Positions 8,188-17,722 of a stretch of 20,985 bases of DNA are shown here, piece after piece. Made by a program: the position numbers and the translations under genes. The notes under the pieces were generated by a model that was not told the origin of the DNA, did not search any database, and was given only the letters and a program-made list of their open reading frames with translations. The DNA lies in NCBI GenBank assembly GCA_964626665.1, contig CAZVGK010000042.1, positions 1-20,985 on the forward strand. The letters run 5' to 3'. Each line of letters opens with the position of its first letter. Position 1 is the stretch's first letter. Origin of the DNA: an uncultured Gemmatimonadota bacterium (GTDB taxonomy: Bacteria > SM23-81 > DAOVCL01).

Positions 8188-9136
8188 TTTTGTCTTGGAT
8201 TTTGAAAAGCCTATTGTGGAGTTAGAGAAGAAGATTCAGGATATGAAGGAGTTTGGAACGACTTCGAATATAGAGCTCTCCGCGGAGATAAAAGGTCTGG
8301 CAAGGAAGTTGGAGAAGTTGCAGAGGGACATATACTCCCATCTTACCCGCTGGCAGAGGGTGCAATTGGCCAGGCATCCGGACCGTCCCTATTCCCTGGA
8401 CTATATAAGGCTGATGGCTGAGGAGTTCGTGGAGCTCCATGGGGATCGGTCTTTTCGAGATGACAAGGCAATTATCGGTGGGTTGGCCAAGTTCAATGGA
8501 CATCCCTGTATGTTCATTGGTCACCAGAAGGGAAGGGGGACAAAGGACAACCTTTACAGGAACTTTGGTATGCCCCATCCGGAAGGGTATAGAAAGGCTC
8601 TGAGATTGATGAGGATGGCGGCGAAATTCCAAAAATCAGTGATTATCTTGGTGGATACCCCAGGGGCCTATCCGGGGATAGGGGCTGAGGAGAGGGGACA
8701 GGCAGAGGCCATAGCCAGAAACCTCAGGGAGATGTCTAAGCTGCCCGTTCCCATAGTTATCTCTATTGTGGGGGAGGGGGCAAGTGGGGGGGCTTTGGGG
8801 ATAGGGGTGGGAGATATGGTGCTGATGATGGAGAACTCCTGGTATTCGGTCATCTCGCCGGAGGGCTGCGCGGCCATTCTCTGGAGGGACAGGGCGCAGG
8901 CCCCCCAGGCGGCAGAGGCCCTCAAGGTGGCCTCTGGGGACCTGATTAACTTGGGGGTGATTGATAAGATCGTTCCTGAGCCCCTGGGAGGGGCCCATCG
9001 GGATCCCTCTCAGGCCGCTAAGCTTTTAAAGGCGGAGATCTCCAGGGAATTGAATAGGTTGAAGAGGCTTTCCCCGGAGGTGCTTATCAAGAGGAGAAGG
9101 GAGAAGTTCCGCTCAATGGGGGTCTTTATAGAGTAA
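8180..9136 (+). CDS. accA: Acetyl-CoA carboxylase carboxyltransferase alpha subunit
   Basis: [52 protein letters not shown]. Confidence 0.98.
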   Translation: MANFVLDFEKPIVELEKKIQDMKEFGTTSNIELSAEIKGLARKLEKLQRDIYSHLTRWQRVQLARHPDRPYSLDYIRLMAEEFVELHGDRSFRDDKAIIGGLAKFNGHPCMFIGHQKGRGTKDNLYRNFGMPHPEGYRKALRLMRMAAKFQKSVIILVDTPGAYPGIGAEERGQAEAIARNLREMSKLPVPIVISIVGEGASGGALGIGVGDMVLMMENSWYSVISPEGCAAILWRDRAQAPQAAEALKVASGDLINLGVIDKIVPEPLGGAHRDPSQAAKLLKAEISRELNRLKRLSPEVLIKRRREKFRSMGVFIE

Positions 9137-9139
9137 AAG

Positions 9140-9282
9140 AACATTGCGGAATTTCTTAGAAATTCCGCAATGTTGGGGGATGTTTGAAGCCCCGACTTAG
9201 GTCGGGATTCAATCTTGACAGCGGAGCAATCCGAGCTGACGCAGGATTGCGGAGCTCCATAGGGTCGTGAGACCCTATGGAG
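9140..9282. repeat. Cluster of four hairpins between accA and lpdA
   Basis: Perfect 17-bp arms at 9140-9174; cccgac-ttag-gtcggg 9191-9206; gcaatcc...ggattgc 9226-9250; ctccatagggtc-gtga-gaccctatggag 9255-9282. Confidence 0.85.
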
Positions 9283-9313
9283 AAGTTAGCGACTGCAAAG
9301 GAGCTAAGTTCTG

Positions 9314-10693
9314 ATGGAGGAGACAGATCTTTTAGTGATTGGGGGTGGCCCAGCCGGTTATGTGGCGGCTATCAGGGGAGCGCAGCTGGGGGCTAAGGTT
9401 ACCCTGGTGGAGAAAGGGGAAATCGGTGGGGTCTGCCTAAATCGCGGCTGCATCCCCACAAAGGCCCTCCTGGCGGTGGCCGAACTTTATCATAGATTGG
9501 GGAAACTCTCCTCCTTTGGCCTAAGGGCGGAGGGCATTGGCTTTGATTGGGAAAGCATTATGCAGAGAAAAGATCAGGTGGTAAAGAGACTGGTGGGGGG
9601 GGTAAACCATCTCCTGCGGGCCCATAAGGTAAAGATAATAGAGGGCCAAGCAAGATTTTTGGGACCTCAGGTTATCGAGGTCGCGGGGAAAGGGAGATTC
9701 AAGGCCAAGAAGGTAATTGTGGCCACCGGGTCCCGTCCCAAGCAACTTCCCATCAGAGGTTTAGAGGGTCCAGGGGTTTTGAACAGTGACTCTGCCCTGG
9801 CTTTGGAGGAGGTTCCCGCCAACCTACTTATCATTGGGGGAGGGGGGATTGGGGTGGAGTTTGCCTTTATCTATGGGTTTTTTGGCTGCCAGGTTACTTT
9901 GGTTGAGCTTATGGATCACATCATCCCCACCGAGGATGAGGAACTTTGCCTCCAACTGGAGAGGGTCTTGAGTAGGGAGGGGGCAAAGGTTTATACTAAC
10001 TCCCAAGTTAAGGAAGTATCGTTTAGTGGTGGGTTATATTCCGCTTCCTTAGAGACCCCTACTGGTGAGGTCGAAGTTGCTGTCGAGAAGATACTTATGG
10101 CCCCGGGAAGGGAGCCCTATTTTAATGATTTGGGATTGGAGGAGATAGGAGTTAAAGTGGAGGATGGGGCCATAGCGGTGAATGAGTTTTTACAGACAAA
10201 CATCCCTACCATCTACGCTGCCGGCGATGTCATTGGAGGTTATCTGCTGGCCTATGTGGCCTTCAGGGAGGGGGAGATAGCGGCTGAAAACGCTTTAGGG
10301 GGAGATGTGAGGGCTGACTATCGCTCCGTCCCTCGGTATTGCTTCTCCTGGCCAGAGCTGGCTGCGGTAGGCCTCACCGCAAAGGAAGCTAAGAGGTTAG
10401 GCTATGAGGTGAGCATAGGCAGGTTTCCCTTTGCCGCCAATGGGAGAGCTCTGGCCGAGGGAGAGGTGGAGGGATGGGTGAAAGTGGTGATGGAGAAGGG
10501 AACGGAGGAGATCTTAGGCATACACATCTTGGGCTCCCGGGCTACCGATCTGATTGCGGAGGCTGCTTTAGCCATCCAGATGGGGGCTAAAGGATCGGAT
10601 TTTATGAGGACATATCATCCTCATCCCACTTTCTCCGAACCCTTGAGGGAAGCATCTTTGGCGGCTTTGGGTCGGCCGCTACATATCCTCTGA
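9314..10693 (+). CDS. lpdA: Dihydrolipoyl dehydrogenase
   Basis: GGGPAGY, GGVCLNRGCIP redox disulfide, C-terminal HPTFSE. Confidence 0.95.
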   Translation: MEETDLLVIGGGPAGYVAAIRGAQLGAKVTLVEKGEIGGVCLNRGCIPTKALLAVAELYHRLGKLSSFGLRAEGIGFDWESIMQRKDQVVKRLVGGVNHLLRAHKVKIIEGQARFLGPQVIEVAGKGRFKAKKVIVATGSRPKQLPIRGLEGPGVLNSDSALALEEVPANLLIIGGGGIGVEFAFIYGFFGCQVTLVELMDHIIPTEDEELCLQLERVLSREGAKVYTNSQVKEVSFSGGLYSASLETPTGEVEVAVEKILMAPGREPYFNDLGLEEIGVKVEDGAIAVNEFLQTNIPTIYAAGDVIGGYLLAYVAFREGEIAAENALGGDVRADYRSVPRYCFSWPELAAVGLTAKEAKRLGYEVSIGRFPFAANGRALAEGEVEGWVKVVMEKGTEEILGIHILGSRATDLIAEAALAIQMGAKGSDFMRTYHPHPTFSEPLREASLAALGRPLHIL

Positions 10694-10734
10694 TCCAGAG
10701 AAATATACTACTGAGGCCACCAAGTAGATTACAT

Positions 10735-10821
10735 GTCATTGCGAGCGAAGCGAAGCAATCCAACCTCTGAATGGAGGTTCAAACTATGAGATTGCTTCGT
10801 CGCTACGCTCCTCGCAATGAC
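10735..10821. repeat. GTCATTGCGAG...CTCGCAATGAC palindromic element (RPE-like)
   Basis: gtcattgcgagcgaagcgaagcaatc...gattgcttcgtcgctacgctcctcgcaatgac. Confidence 0.85.
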
Positions 10822-10889
10822 CAATGAAATACCAAAGTGTAAACTATAATGTGTCCTGAGTAATAGCGTTTGTCGGAAGTTGAATTCAT

Positions 10890-11076
10890 GGTATAAGAAC
10901 TTCCATTTTTAGCTAGGATAGGCAACATTCATTAAACGCCGAAAATCACTAAATAATAAAAAATGCTCAGGGAAATGTGCGTTCTAATTTTTCGGTGTCA
11001 TGCGGTGTTTCCCTGTATAATTTGGGATAAAAATCCTGTTATCCTGTCAGAAAAATTTTTGCCGCAGGTGGCTAAG
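10890..11076. repeat. Composite nested repeat: family B arms enclosing family D (aaacrccgaaaatcact...ttcggtgtcatkcggtgttt)
   Basis: Colinear similarity to 17462-17624 (left part) and to 4732-4777 (right part). Confidence 0.8.
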
Positions 11077-11093
11077 CTCTGAAAGGGGGAGAG

Positions 11094-11909
11094 ATGGAAC
11101 AGAAGGGGGGTATTTCGCAGGTTGATACCAGCGGGATTAAGCACAAGATAGTGATTATCAGCGGTAAGGGGGGGGTGGGCAAGAGCACGGTTGCTGCCAA
11201 CTTGGCTTATTCCTTTGCCCAGAATCAGGAAGTTAAGGTGGGCATCTTGGATGTGGACATCCACGGGCCAAATATCCCATTGATGCTGGGATTAGAAGGG
11301 AAGAGACTGGATATGGTGGGAGATAGGATCCAACCGGTGAGCCTTCTTCCCAATCTTTTAGTGGTCTCTATGGCTTTTCTCCTTCCGGATGCCAATTCCC
11401 CGGTAATCTGGCGGGGTCCACTAAAGATGAAGGCGATCAGGCAGTTCTTAGAGGATACCAACTGGGGTGAACTGGACTATATGGTGATTGATCTTCCCCC
11501 AGGCACCGGCGATGAGCCCTTAAGCGTCGCTCAACTTGTAGGAGGGATTGATGGGGCCATAGTGGTTACCACCCCTCAGGAGGTTTCCCTTTTAGATTCC
11601 CGTAAGGCGGTAAATTTCGCCCGCAAGTTAGGAATGCCGATTATGGGCATCCTGGAAAATATGAGCGGCCTTATCTGCCCTTACTGTGGGAGGAAAATTG
11701 ATCTCTTTAAGACAGGGGGAGGGGAGAGAGCGGCTCTGGAGATGGGTGTTCCCTTCTTGGGGAGGATACCGATTGAGCCGAAGATTGTGGAATCGGGGGA
11801 TTCTGGCAAACCATTTGTGGGATCGTATAAAGAATCAGAGGCTGCTAAGGCGTTTGCTGAAATAGTGAAAAGATGTGAGGAGTTCATCGGTTCTCAGAAT
11901 AAACAATAA
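11094..11909 (+). CDS. mrp: Mrp/NBP35 (ApbC) Fe-S cluster carrier ATPase
   Basis: [37 protein letters not shown]. Confidence 0.95.
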   Translation: MEQKGGISQVDTSGIKHKIVIISGKGGVGKSTVAANLAYSFAQNQEVKVGILDVDIHGPNIPLMLGLEGKRLDMVGDRIQPVSLLPNLLVVSMAFLLPDANSPVIWRGPLKMKAIRQFLEDTNWGELDYMVIDLPPGTGDEPLSVAQLVGGIDGAIVVTTPQEVSLLDSRKAVNFARKLGMPIMGILENMSGLICPYCGRKIDLFKTGGGERAALEMGVPFLGRIPIEPKIVESGDSGKPFVGSYKESEAAKAFAEIVKRCEEFIGSQNKQ

Positions 11910-12032
11910 TCTACGCCCAATCTCATTCGAGCTGCTTAAAGTTGTTTTTTTAGGGGAATATGTTTGCGTTCGGGCAGAAAAGCGATTATGATGATTTTGT
12001 GAGTTTTGAGGAAGGTAAAGTGAAGGAGTGGC

Positions 12033-12797
12033 TTGAGAAGGCCGAATTATGCTTTTAGAATGTGGACGAAGCAGCCGTTCTCAAACAAGTTACTTAACAG
12101 GTTAAGATCTTCCCGTTACCTGCTGGTGCTCACCGGGGCAGGCGTTTCTGCAGAGAGCGGTGTCCCCACTTTCCGGGGGAAGGATGGATACTGGAGGAAA
12201 TTCAGTCCCCAGGAGTTGGCCACAATGGATGCCTTTGAGAAAAACTCTGAGTTAGTTTGGGAGTGGTATGAGTATCGGCGGGGGCTTATCCGGGAGGTCC
12301 AACCCAACCCAGCCCATTATGCGATCAAAGATCTGGAGGATAGGTTCGCTGAATTCCTCCTCGTCACCCAGAACATCGATGGCCTCCACCAAAGGGCAGG
12401 GAGCAGAAAGATAGCGGAGCTTCATGGTAATATATGGCGAGACCGCTGTCTGAAGTGTGGTCAGGTCTATGACCATAAGGAAGTTAAGCTCAAGGGGGTT
12501 CCTCCCAAGTGTGCCTGTGGGGGACTTCTGAGACCGGATGTTGTCTGGTTTGGAGAGGCTCTTCCTCAAGAGACCCTCTTGCAGGCCCTGCAGGCGGCCC
12601 AGTTCTGCGATTTTCTCTTGACTGTGGGCACTTCAGCCCTGGTGCAACCGGCTGCCTCCCTTCCCCTCTTGGCCCAGGAGAATGGGGCTTTTGTAGTGGA
12701 GATAAATTTAGAGCCAACCCCTCTCTCTGAGAGGGTCAATGAGTCCATAAGGGGGAAGGCAGGGGAGGTTCTTCCTGGGTTAGTAAAAAAGCTGTAA
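12033..12797 (+). CDS. cobB: NAD-dependent protein deacylase (sirtuin, CobB/class III); start uncertain (ATG 12060 possible)
   Basis: GAGVSAESGVPTFRG, TQNIDGLH, ELHGN, CxxC...CxC zinc site, RPDVVWFGE, and a YxxR motif (WYEYRR). Confidence 0.95.
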   Translation: MRRPNYAFRMWTKQPFSNKLLNRLRSSRYLLVLTGAGVSAESGVPTFRGKDGYWRKFSPQELATMDAFEKNSELVWEWYEYRRGLIREVQPNPAHYAIKDLEDRFAEFLLVTQNIDGLHQRAGSRKIAELHGNIWRDRCLKCGQVYDHKEVKLKGVPPKCACGGLLRPDVVWFGEALPQETLLQALQAAQFCDFLLTVGTSALVQPAASLPLLAQENGAFVVEINLEPTPLSERVNESIRGKAGEVLPGLVKKL

Positions 12798-12800
12798 TCT

Positions 12801-12947
12801 ACCACGGATGACCACGGACTGGCACGGAAATGATCAATGATCAATGAAAAATGGCACGCACCTCAAGATTTTCAGGCTTCATTTCATTTTAACTTGCTAA
12901 TTGTTAATTGACCATTGATGATGATCCTCTCCGTGAGCTTCTGTGGT
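12801..12947. repeat. Family A inverted-repeat module with nested 7-nt-period arms
   Basis: accacggatg accacggact ggcacggaa [aatgatc aatgatc aatgaaa aatg ... cattttaacttgctaattgttaattgaccattg] tccgtgagcttctgtggt. Confidence 0.8.
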
Positions 12948-12981
12948 GGGTTGTTGGTTAAAAATTTAGCTGGAGGATGGT

Positions 12982-13734
12982 ATGGATGTTAAGGAAAGAA
13001 ATCCCCCCCCCGCTGAGGTGGAGAAGAGCCTGAAGGAGTTCACCGAGGAGCTAAAGGCGAGGTATGGGGAGAAGTTGCAGTCTGTCCTCCTCTATGGGAG
13101 TGCAGCCCGGGGGGATTATATCGCCGGTAAGTCCAACCTTAACATCTTGGTGATCTTAACCCAGATAGGGGTGGAGGAACTGGCTCAGGGGAGTCGAATA
13201 TTTCAAAAATACAGAAAAAAGGGGGTTGTCGCCCCCCTGTTCTTCACCCCGGAATACATTGCCACCTCCACTGACTCCTTTCCTATGGAGTTCTTGGACA
13301 TCAAGGCCCATCACCTCCTCCTCTTTGGGGAGGATCCCTTCACCGAGTTGGAGATAGGTCGCCAGAATCTGAGGTTGCAGTGCGAGGCGGAGATAAAGGG
13401 GAAGTTAGTTAGGGTAAGGCAATCCTTCCTGGAGATTGGCCTGGATAAGAGGAAACTCCCGGGGCTTCTCACCGGGTCCCTTACCTCCTTTCTCCCGGCG
13501 ATGAGACACCTTCTTCAGTTAGACAAAGGGATTAAGGTGCGGAGGGCAGAGGATGTCTTCTCCCAATTGGAGGAGAGTTACGGGCTGGAGGGGGGTCCGT
13601 TTCAGCAGATCTGGGGGCTGAAGAGGGAGAAGGCCAAGAAAATCCCCCCAGAACAGCTTAAACCCCTGTTTGGCCAGTACATCTCTCAGCTACAGAAGCT
13701 GGCCGAAATAGTAGACAAGTTGAAAGTAAAATGA
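12982..13734 (+). CDS. Nucleotidyltransferase-domain protein (Pol-beta superfamily) with helical C-terminal extension
   Basis: LYGSAARGD...SNLNILV; DSFPMEFLDIK; NLRLQCE. Confidence 0.8.
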   Translation: MDVKERNPPPAEVEKSLKEFTEELKARYGEKLQSVLLYGSAARGDYIAGKSNLNILVILTQIGVEELAQGSRIFQKYRKKGVVAPLFFTPEYIATSTDSFPMEFLDIKAHHLLLFGEDPFTELEIGRQNLRLQCEAEIKGKLVRVRQSFLEIGLDKRKLPGLLTGSLTSFLPAMRHLLQLDKGIKVRRAEDVFSQLEESYGLEGGPFQQIWGLKREKAKKIPPEQLKPLFGQYISQLQKLAEIVDKLKVK

Positions 13735-15680
13735 AGAGGCTCTTCTTTCCACTTCTTATCCTTTTGGGATTGGGATGTGCCTATTATAATACCTTCTTCC
13801 ATGCCCAGGAATCCTTTCAAAAGGCGGAGAAGGCCAGGATCTCCTCCAACAACAAGGAAGGCGCTGGGAAGGGTGACTATGAGCAGGCCATAAAGAAAGC
13901 GGCTATGGTCTTGGCCTATTATCCCAAAAGCAGATGGGTTGATGATGCCCTGATGCTTATCGGGAAATCCTACTATCATTTGGGTGAATATACGAAGGCC
14001 ATCAGAAAATTTCAGGAACTGCAGACAAACCTGCCCAAAAGCAATTACTTGGACGACAGCTACTACTGGATGGGTCTGGCCTATTATCAGTTGGAGGATT
14101 ATCTCCAGGCAGAGGGGAGCTTTAAGAAGCTCTTGGCCAAGGGAAAGGAACGGAAGCTTTTGGATGAGGGGAGTTATATGTTGGGGGAGATTGGATTTAT
14201 CACTAAAGACTATGGAAAGGCCATTGAGGAGTTTGAGAGGTTGGTTGCCAAGGGGAAGGGGGAGGTAAGGGCGCAGGCCCAATTCCGTATTGGGGAGTGT
14301 TGGTGGGAGATTGGGGATTATAAGCAGGCTTTGGAAGCTTTTAAGAAAGTCAAAGAAATGGGAGGTGACAAAGAGCTTAGCTTTAGGGCAGAGTTTAAGG
14401 TTGGGGAGTGCTACGAGGAGTTGGGCCAATCCCAGGAGGCCCTAAAGGTTTTCGTGGAACTCTCCCGCGAGGGGAGATATTACTGCCATCTCCCCCAGGT
14501 AAGGCTAAAAATTGCCGAAACTAAGCTCAAGCTGGACCATCCCCAGGAGGCGATCAAGGAGTATGAGTCGATTACCGAGGAGTTCCCCCAGACAGATGAG
14601 TCTGCTCAAGCCCTTTATGGATTGGGGGTAATCTACGAGGATGAGCTCAAGGACCTCAAAAAAGCCCAGGAGTTCTTCGAGAAGAGCATCAAGGAGATGC
14701 CCAAATCAGATGTGGCCCAGAAAGCACAGGAGAGGTCGGCCGACATAGTAAAGTTGCAGGAGTATAGGGACCAACTCTCGGGTGAGGAGGCGGAGAAATC
14801 GGTAAAGACCCTCTTCCTCTTGGCGGAGATGTATCTTATGGAATTGAATGAGCCGGATTCGGCCCTCTCCGCCTATAGGTCAGTGATCGAACACTTCCCG
14901 GAAACGAGCTATGCCCCTCGTTCCGCTTATGCCATGTCCTGGATCTGGGAGAAGGTCAAGAGGGATAGCCTGCAGGCAAAGAAGGCCTATGAGAGGATTA
15001 TCCAGGATTTCCCCCAAACCCCTTATGCCCAAAAGGCCAGGGAGTGGTTGGGACTGCCTCCCTTAGAGGAGAGGGAGCCGGCAAAGGAGCTTTTTATAAA
15101 GGGGGAGGATTTCCTCCTGCAGGGGGAGGTGGACTCCGCCTTGACCTACTATGCCCAGGCCGCCAAAGACTACCCTCAGAGCCGGTATGCCCCCAAGGCG
15201 TTGTATGCTCTGGGCTGGATATATGAGAATAGGGAGGACTCCCTGAGGTTGGCTAAGGAGACCTACCAGGATTTGATAGATGAGTATCCCCAATCTGACT
15301 ATACCCTCCTGGCCAGGGAGAAGTTGGGAGAGAAGATCCCCCAAGCGACATCCGCTCCCCCGGAAACCTCAGCGCAGGTGAACCCCGAGGTCACCGCGGC
15401 CGACTCCCTCCCCTGGGCCCCTCCACCCCTGAAGTTAGGGGAACTCAGCCTCCCCCCTGGCACCACCGCGCCTCAGGGAACGGTATGGGTCAGGATTAGA
15501 ATTGATCAGTTTGGAGATGTCAAGGAAGCGCACCTCGTGGATTCAACCGGGAGCCAACCCCTGGATTGGGCCATAGAGGATGCTGCCCGTCAGACCCACT
15601 TCGATCCAGCCTTGATAGACAGGAAGCTTTTCAACTCTTGGTTTTTATACCCGTTTGAGGCAAAACCACCTGAGAAATAA
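13731..15680 (+). CDS. TPR-repeat lipoprotein with Pro-rich linker and C-terminal TonB-C-like domain
   Basis: LGLGC lipobox, many YPxS-type TPR pairs, C-terminal GTVWVRIRIDQFGDV...STGSQPLD...AARQTHFDPA. Confidence 0.85.
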   Translation: MKRLFFPLLILLGLGCAYYNTFFHAQESFQKAEKARISSNNKEGAGKGDYEQAIKKAAMVLAYYPKSRWVDDALMLIGKSYYHLGEYTKAIRKFQELQTNLPKSNYLDDSYYWMGLAYYQLEDYLQAEGSFKKLLAKGKERKLLDEGSYMLGEIGFITKDYGKAIEEFERLVAKGKGEVRAQAQFRIGECWWEIGDYKQALEAFKKVKEMGGDKELSFRAEFKVGECYEELGQSQEALKVFVELSREGRYYCHLPQVRLKIAETKLKLDHPQEAIKEYESITEEFPQTDESAQALYGLGVIYEDELKDLKKAQEFFEKSIKEMPKSDVAQKAQERSADIVKLQEYRDQLSGEEAEKSVKTLFLLAEMYLMELNEPDSALSAYRSVIEHFPETSYAPRSAYAMSWIWEKVKRDSLQAKKAYERIIQDFPQTPYAQKAREWLGLPPLEEREPAKELFIKGEDFLLQGEVDSALTYYAQAAKDYPQSRYAPKALYALGWIYENREDSLRLAKETYQDLIDEYPQSDYTLLAREKLGEKIPQATSAPPETSAQVNPEVTAADSLPWAPPPLKLGELSLPPGTTAPQGTVWVRIRIDQFGDVKEAHLVDSTGSQPLDWAIEDAARQTHFDPALIDRKLFNSWFLYPFEAKPPEK

Positions 15681-15683
15681 GGG

Positions 15684-16466
15684 ATGATTCAGACCAAAGC
15701 CCGCATCTTGGGAACCCAGAGGTTAGGCCCCCTTTTTTATCGGATCAGGCTTAAAGCCCCGGGTATATCCTCCCAGGCCCAGCCAGGACAGTTCGTGCAC
15801 CTGAGGATAGATGAAGGTTATGAACCCCTCCTGCGGCGCCCCTTCAGCATCCATCATACGGATCCCTCCCAGGGGAGTTTCGATCTTCTCATTAAGCTGC
15901 GGGGCAGAGGAACTAGGATTCTCCTTCAAAAATCACTTGGCCAGGAACTTGACCTGATCGGTCCCTTGGGAAATGGTTTCCCCCTCCCCCATCCAGGACA
16001 ATTGCCCATCCTCGTTGCTGGAGGGGCCGGGATAGCTCCCCTTTTTATGCTTGCCGAACGGCTATCATCGGTAGGGGGTCTGCTTTTCTGGGGAGCAAAG
16101 GGGAAGGAGGAGATTTTTTTTCAGGGCGAGCTCTCCTCCTGGGAATGGAGGCTAAATTTGTCCACCGAGGATGGAAGCCTGGGCTACCAGGGACTGGTCA
16201 CCGATCTGCTGCGAGGCCAACTCTCTAAGTTGAAAGGAAATTACCTTATCTATGCCTGCGGCCCTTGGGGGATGCTCAAGGAGGTGGCCAGGCTATCCCG
16301 GGAGAGGGACTTTCCCTGCTGGGTCTCCTTGGAAGGGAATATGGCCTGTGGGGTGGGAGCCTGTTGGGGATGTGCGATAAGGTGTAGAGTTGGGGAGGAG
16401 CTTGGCTATCGCCGGATCTGCAAGGACGGGCCGGTATTTTCTGCCGAGGAGGTGATATGGGACTAA
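15684..16466 (+). CDS. pyrK: Dihydroorotate dehydrogenase electron-transfer subunit
   Basis: PGQFV, LRRPFS, GPLGNGF, MACGVGACWGC...ICKDGPVF 2Fe-2S motif. Confidence 0.95.
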   Translation: MIQTKARILGTQRLGPLFYRIRLKAPGISSQAQPGQFVHLRIDEGYEPLLRRPFSIHHTDPSQGSFDLLIKLRGRGTRILLQKSLGQELDLIGPLGNGFPLPHPGQLPILVAGGAGIAPLFMLAERLSSVGGLLFWGAKGKEEIFFQGELSSWEWRLNLSTEDGSLGYQGLVTDLLRGQLSKLKGNYLIYACGPWGMLKEVARLSRERDFPCWVSLEGNMACGVGACWGCAIRCRVGEELGYRRICKDGPVFSAEEVIWD

Positions 16467-17380
16467 AGGTTGACCTATCCGTATCCCTGGGCTCACTCAA
16501 GCTAAAAAACCCCGTTCTGGCCGCCTCCGGATGCTTCGGCTTTGGCGATGAGTATTCCTCCCTCGTTGATCTTAACCTCTTAGGAGGGGTGATTACCAAG
16601 GCAGTTAGCTTGAATCCCACCCCGGGTAACCTCCCACCTCGGGTGGTGGAGACCCCCTGTGGAATGTTAAACTCCATCGGCCTGGCCAACCCCGGACTAA
16701 GGGGCTTTCTAAGTGAGAAGCTCTCCTTCCTCAAATCCCTCACCGTTCCGGTAATTGTCAATATTGCCGGGGAGAGAATAGGGGAGTATGTTGAAGTGGT
16801 CAAGGGTCTGGATAAGGAGGAAGGGATCGATGGCTATGAGATAAACATCTCCTGCCCCAATGTGGAGAAGGGGGGAATGGAGTTCTCCTCGGATCCCAAG
16901 GTCGCTTTTCAGCTTGTCTCCTCCCTACGGAAGGTTACCTCCAAGCCCTTAATTGTCAAGCTCTCCCCCAACCTGGGGAATATAATCTCAGTTGCTAAGG
17001 CTGTCCAGGAGGCGGGGGCAGATGCGCTCTCCTTGATCAATACCCTAATTGGGATGGTTATTGATGTGAAGGCAAGAAAGCCGGTTTTGGCCCGCGGGAC
17101 AGGGGGCCTCTCCGGTCCAGCCATAAAACCTGTGGCCTTGGCCTTAGTCTGGAAGGTGGCCCAGGCGGTAGAAATCCCTGTAGTTGGAGTTGGTGGTATC
17201 TTTACCTCAGAGGATGCCTTGGAGTTCATCTTGGCCGGGGCCACTGCTGTGCAGGTGGGGACAGCCAACTTCGTGGATCCACAAACTATGCCAAAGATAA
17301 TTGCAGGGCTCAGGGAGTATTGTGTGCAGGAAAAAATTGGAAAGCTCTCTGATCTCATTGGAGGGTTAGAATATGGGTAA
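16457..17380 (+). CDS. pyrD: Dihydroorotate dehydrogenase family 1B catalytic subunit
   Basis: KNPVLAASG, NSIGLANPG, EINISCPN, VKLSPN, GGLSGPAIKP; overlaps pyrK. Confidence 0.97.
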   Translation: MGLKVDLSVSLGSLKLKNPVLAASGCFGFGDEYSSLVDLNLLGGVITKAVSLNPTPGNLPPRVVETPCGMLNSIGLANPGLRGFLSEKLSFLKSLTVPVIVNIAGERIGEYVEVVKGLDKEEGIDGYEINISCPNVEKGGMEFSSDPKVAFQLVSSLRKVTSKPLIVKLSPNLGNIISVAKAVQEAGADALSLINTLIGMVIDVKARKPVLARGTGGLSGPAIKPVALALVWKVAQAVEIPVVGVGGIFTSEDALEFILAGATAVQVGTANFVDPQTMPKIIAGLREYCVQEKIGKLSDLIGGLEYG

Positions 17381-17386
17381 AGACTC

Positions 17387-17722
17387 ACCACGGAATCTCA
17401 CGGAATTGCACGGAAAAAGAATTCAAAACGGGCAAGTTGCTTTACAAAAAGTTAACTTGATAGTATAAGAATTTCAATTTTTAGACAGGATTGACAGGAT
17501 GATCAGGATAAATAACCTCATTCATTAAACACCGAAAATCACTGAAATGATGAGAGATCTTAAGGAGGAACGCCATATAATCGTCATGATAGTTTTTCAG
17601 TGGTTTCGGTGTCATTCGGTGTTTTCACGCATTATTTGAGTTTAATTTTGGAGGAAAGAAATTTGAGAAAGCACGAAGGATTCGTTAAAAAACTTCTGTG
17701 TAATTCCGTGAAGTTCCGTGGT
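17387..17722. repeat. Large nested inverted-repeat module: A-left, B-left, D-left, D-right, A-right
   Basis: A arms accacggaatctcacggaattgcacggaa / ttctgtgtaattccgtgaagttccgtggt; B gacaggattgacaggatgatcaggat at 17484; D arms 17527-17547 / 17595-17624. Confidence 0.85.

Noticed and set aside
12033-12797. Sir2-type anti-phage effector
   Set aside because: It has the zinc site and all motifs of housekeeping CobB, in a housekeeping context
12982-13734. MNT-HEPN toxin-antitoxin pair
   Set aside because: The protein is 250 aa, much longer than a minimal NTase, and there is no adjacent HEPN gene
2930-17391. Numerous antisense or alternate-frame ORFs (e.g. 13686..14429, 6500..7033, 16276..16803)
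   Set aside because: Shadow ORFs overlapping well-supported genes, with no motifs
17600-17662. ORF-track start of rlpA at 17600
   Set aside because: It lies in the D-right repeat arm, has no SD, and gives an implausibly long pre-signal region
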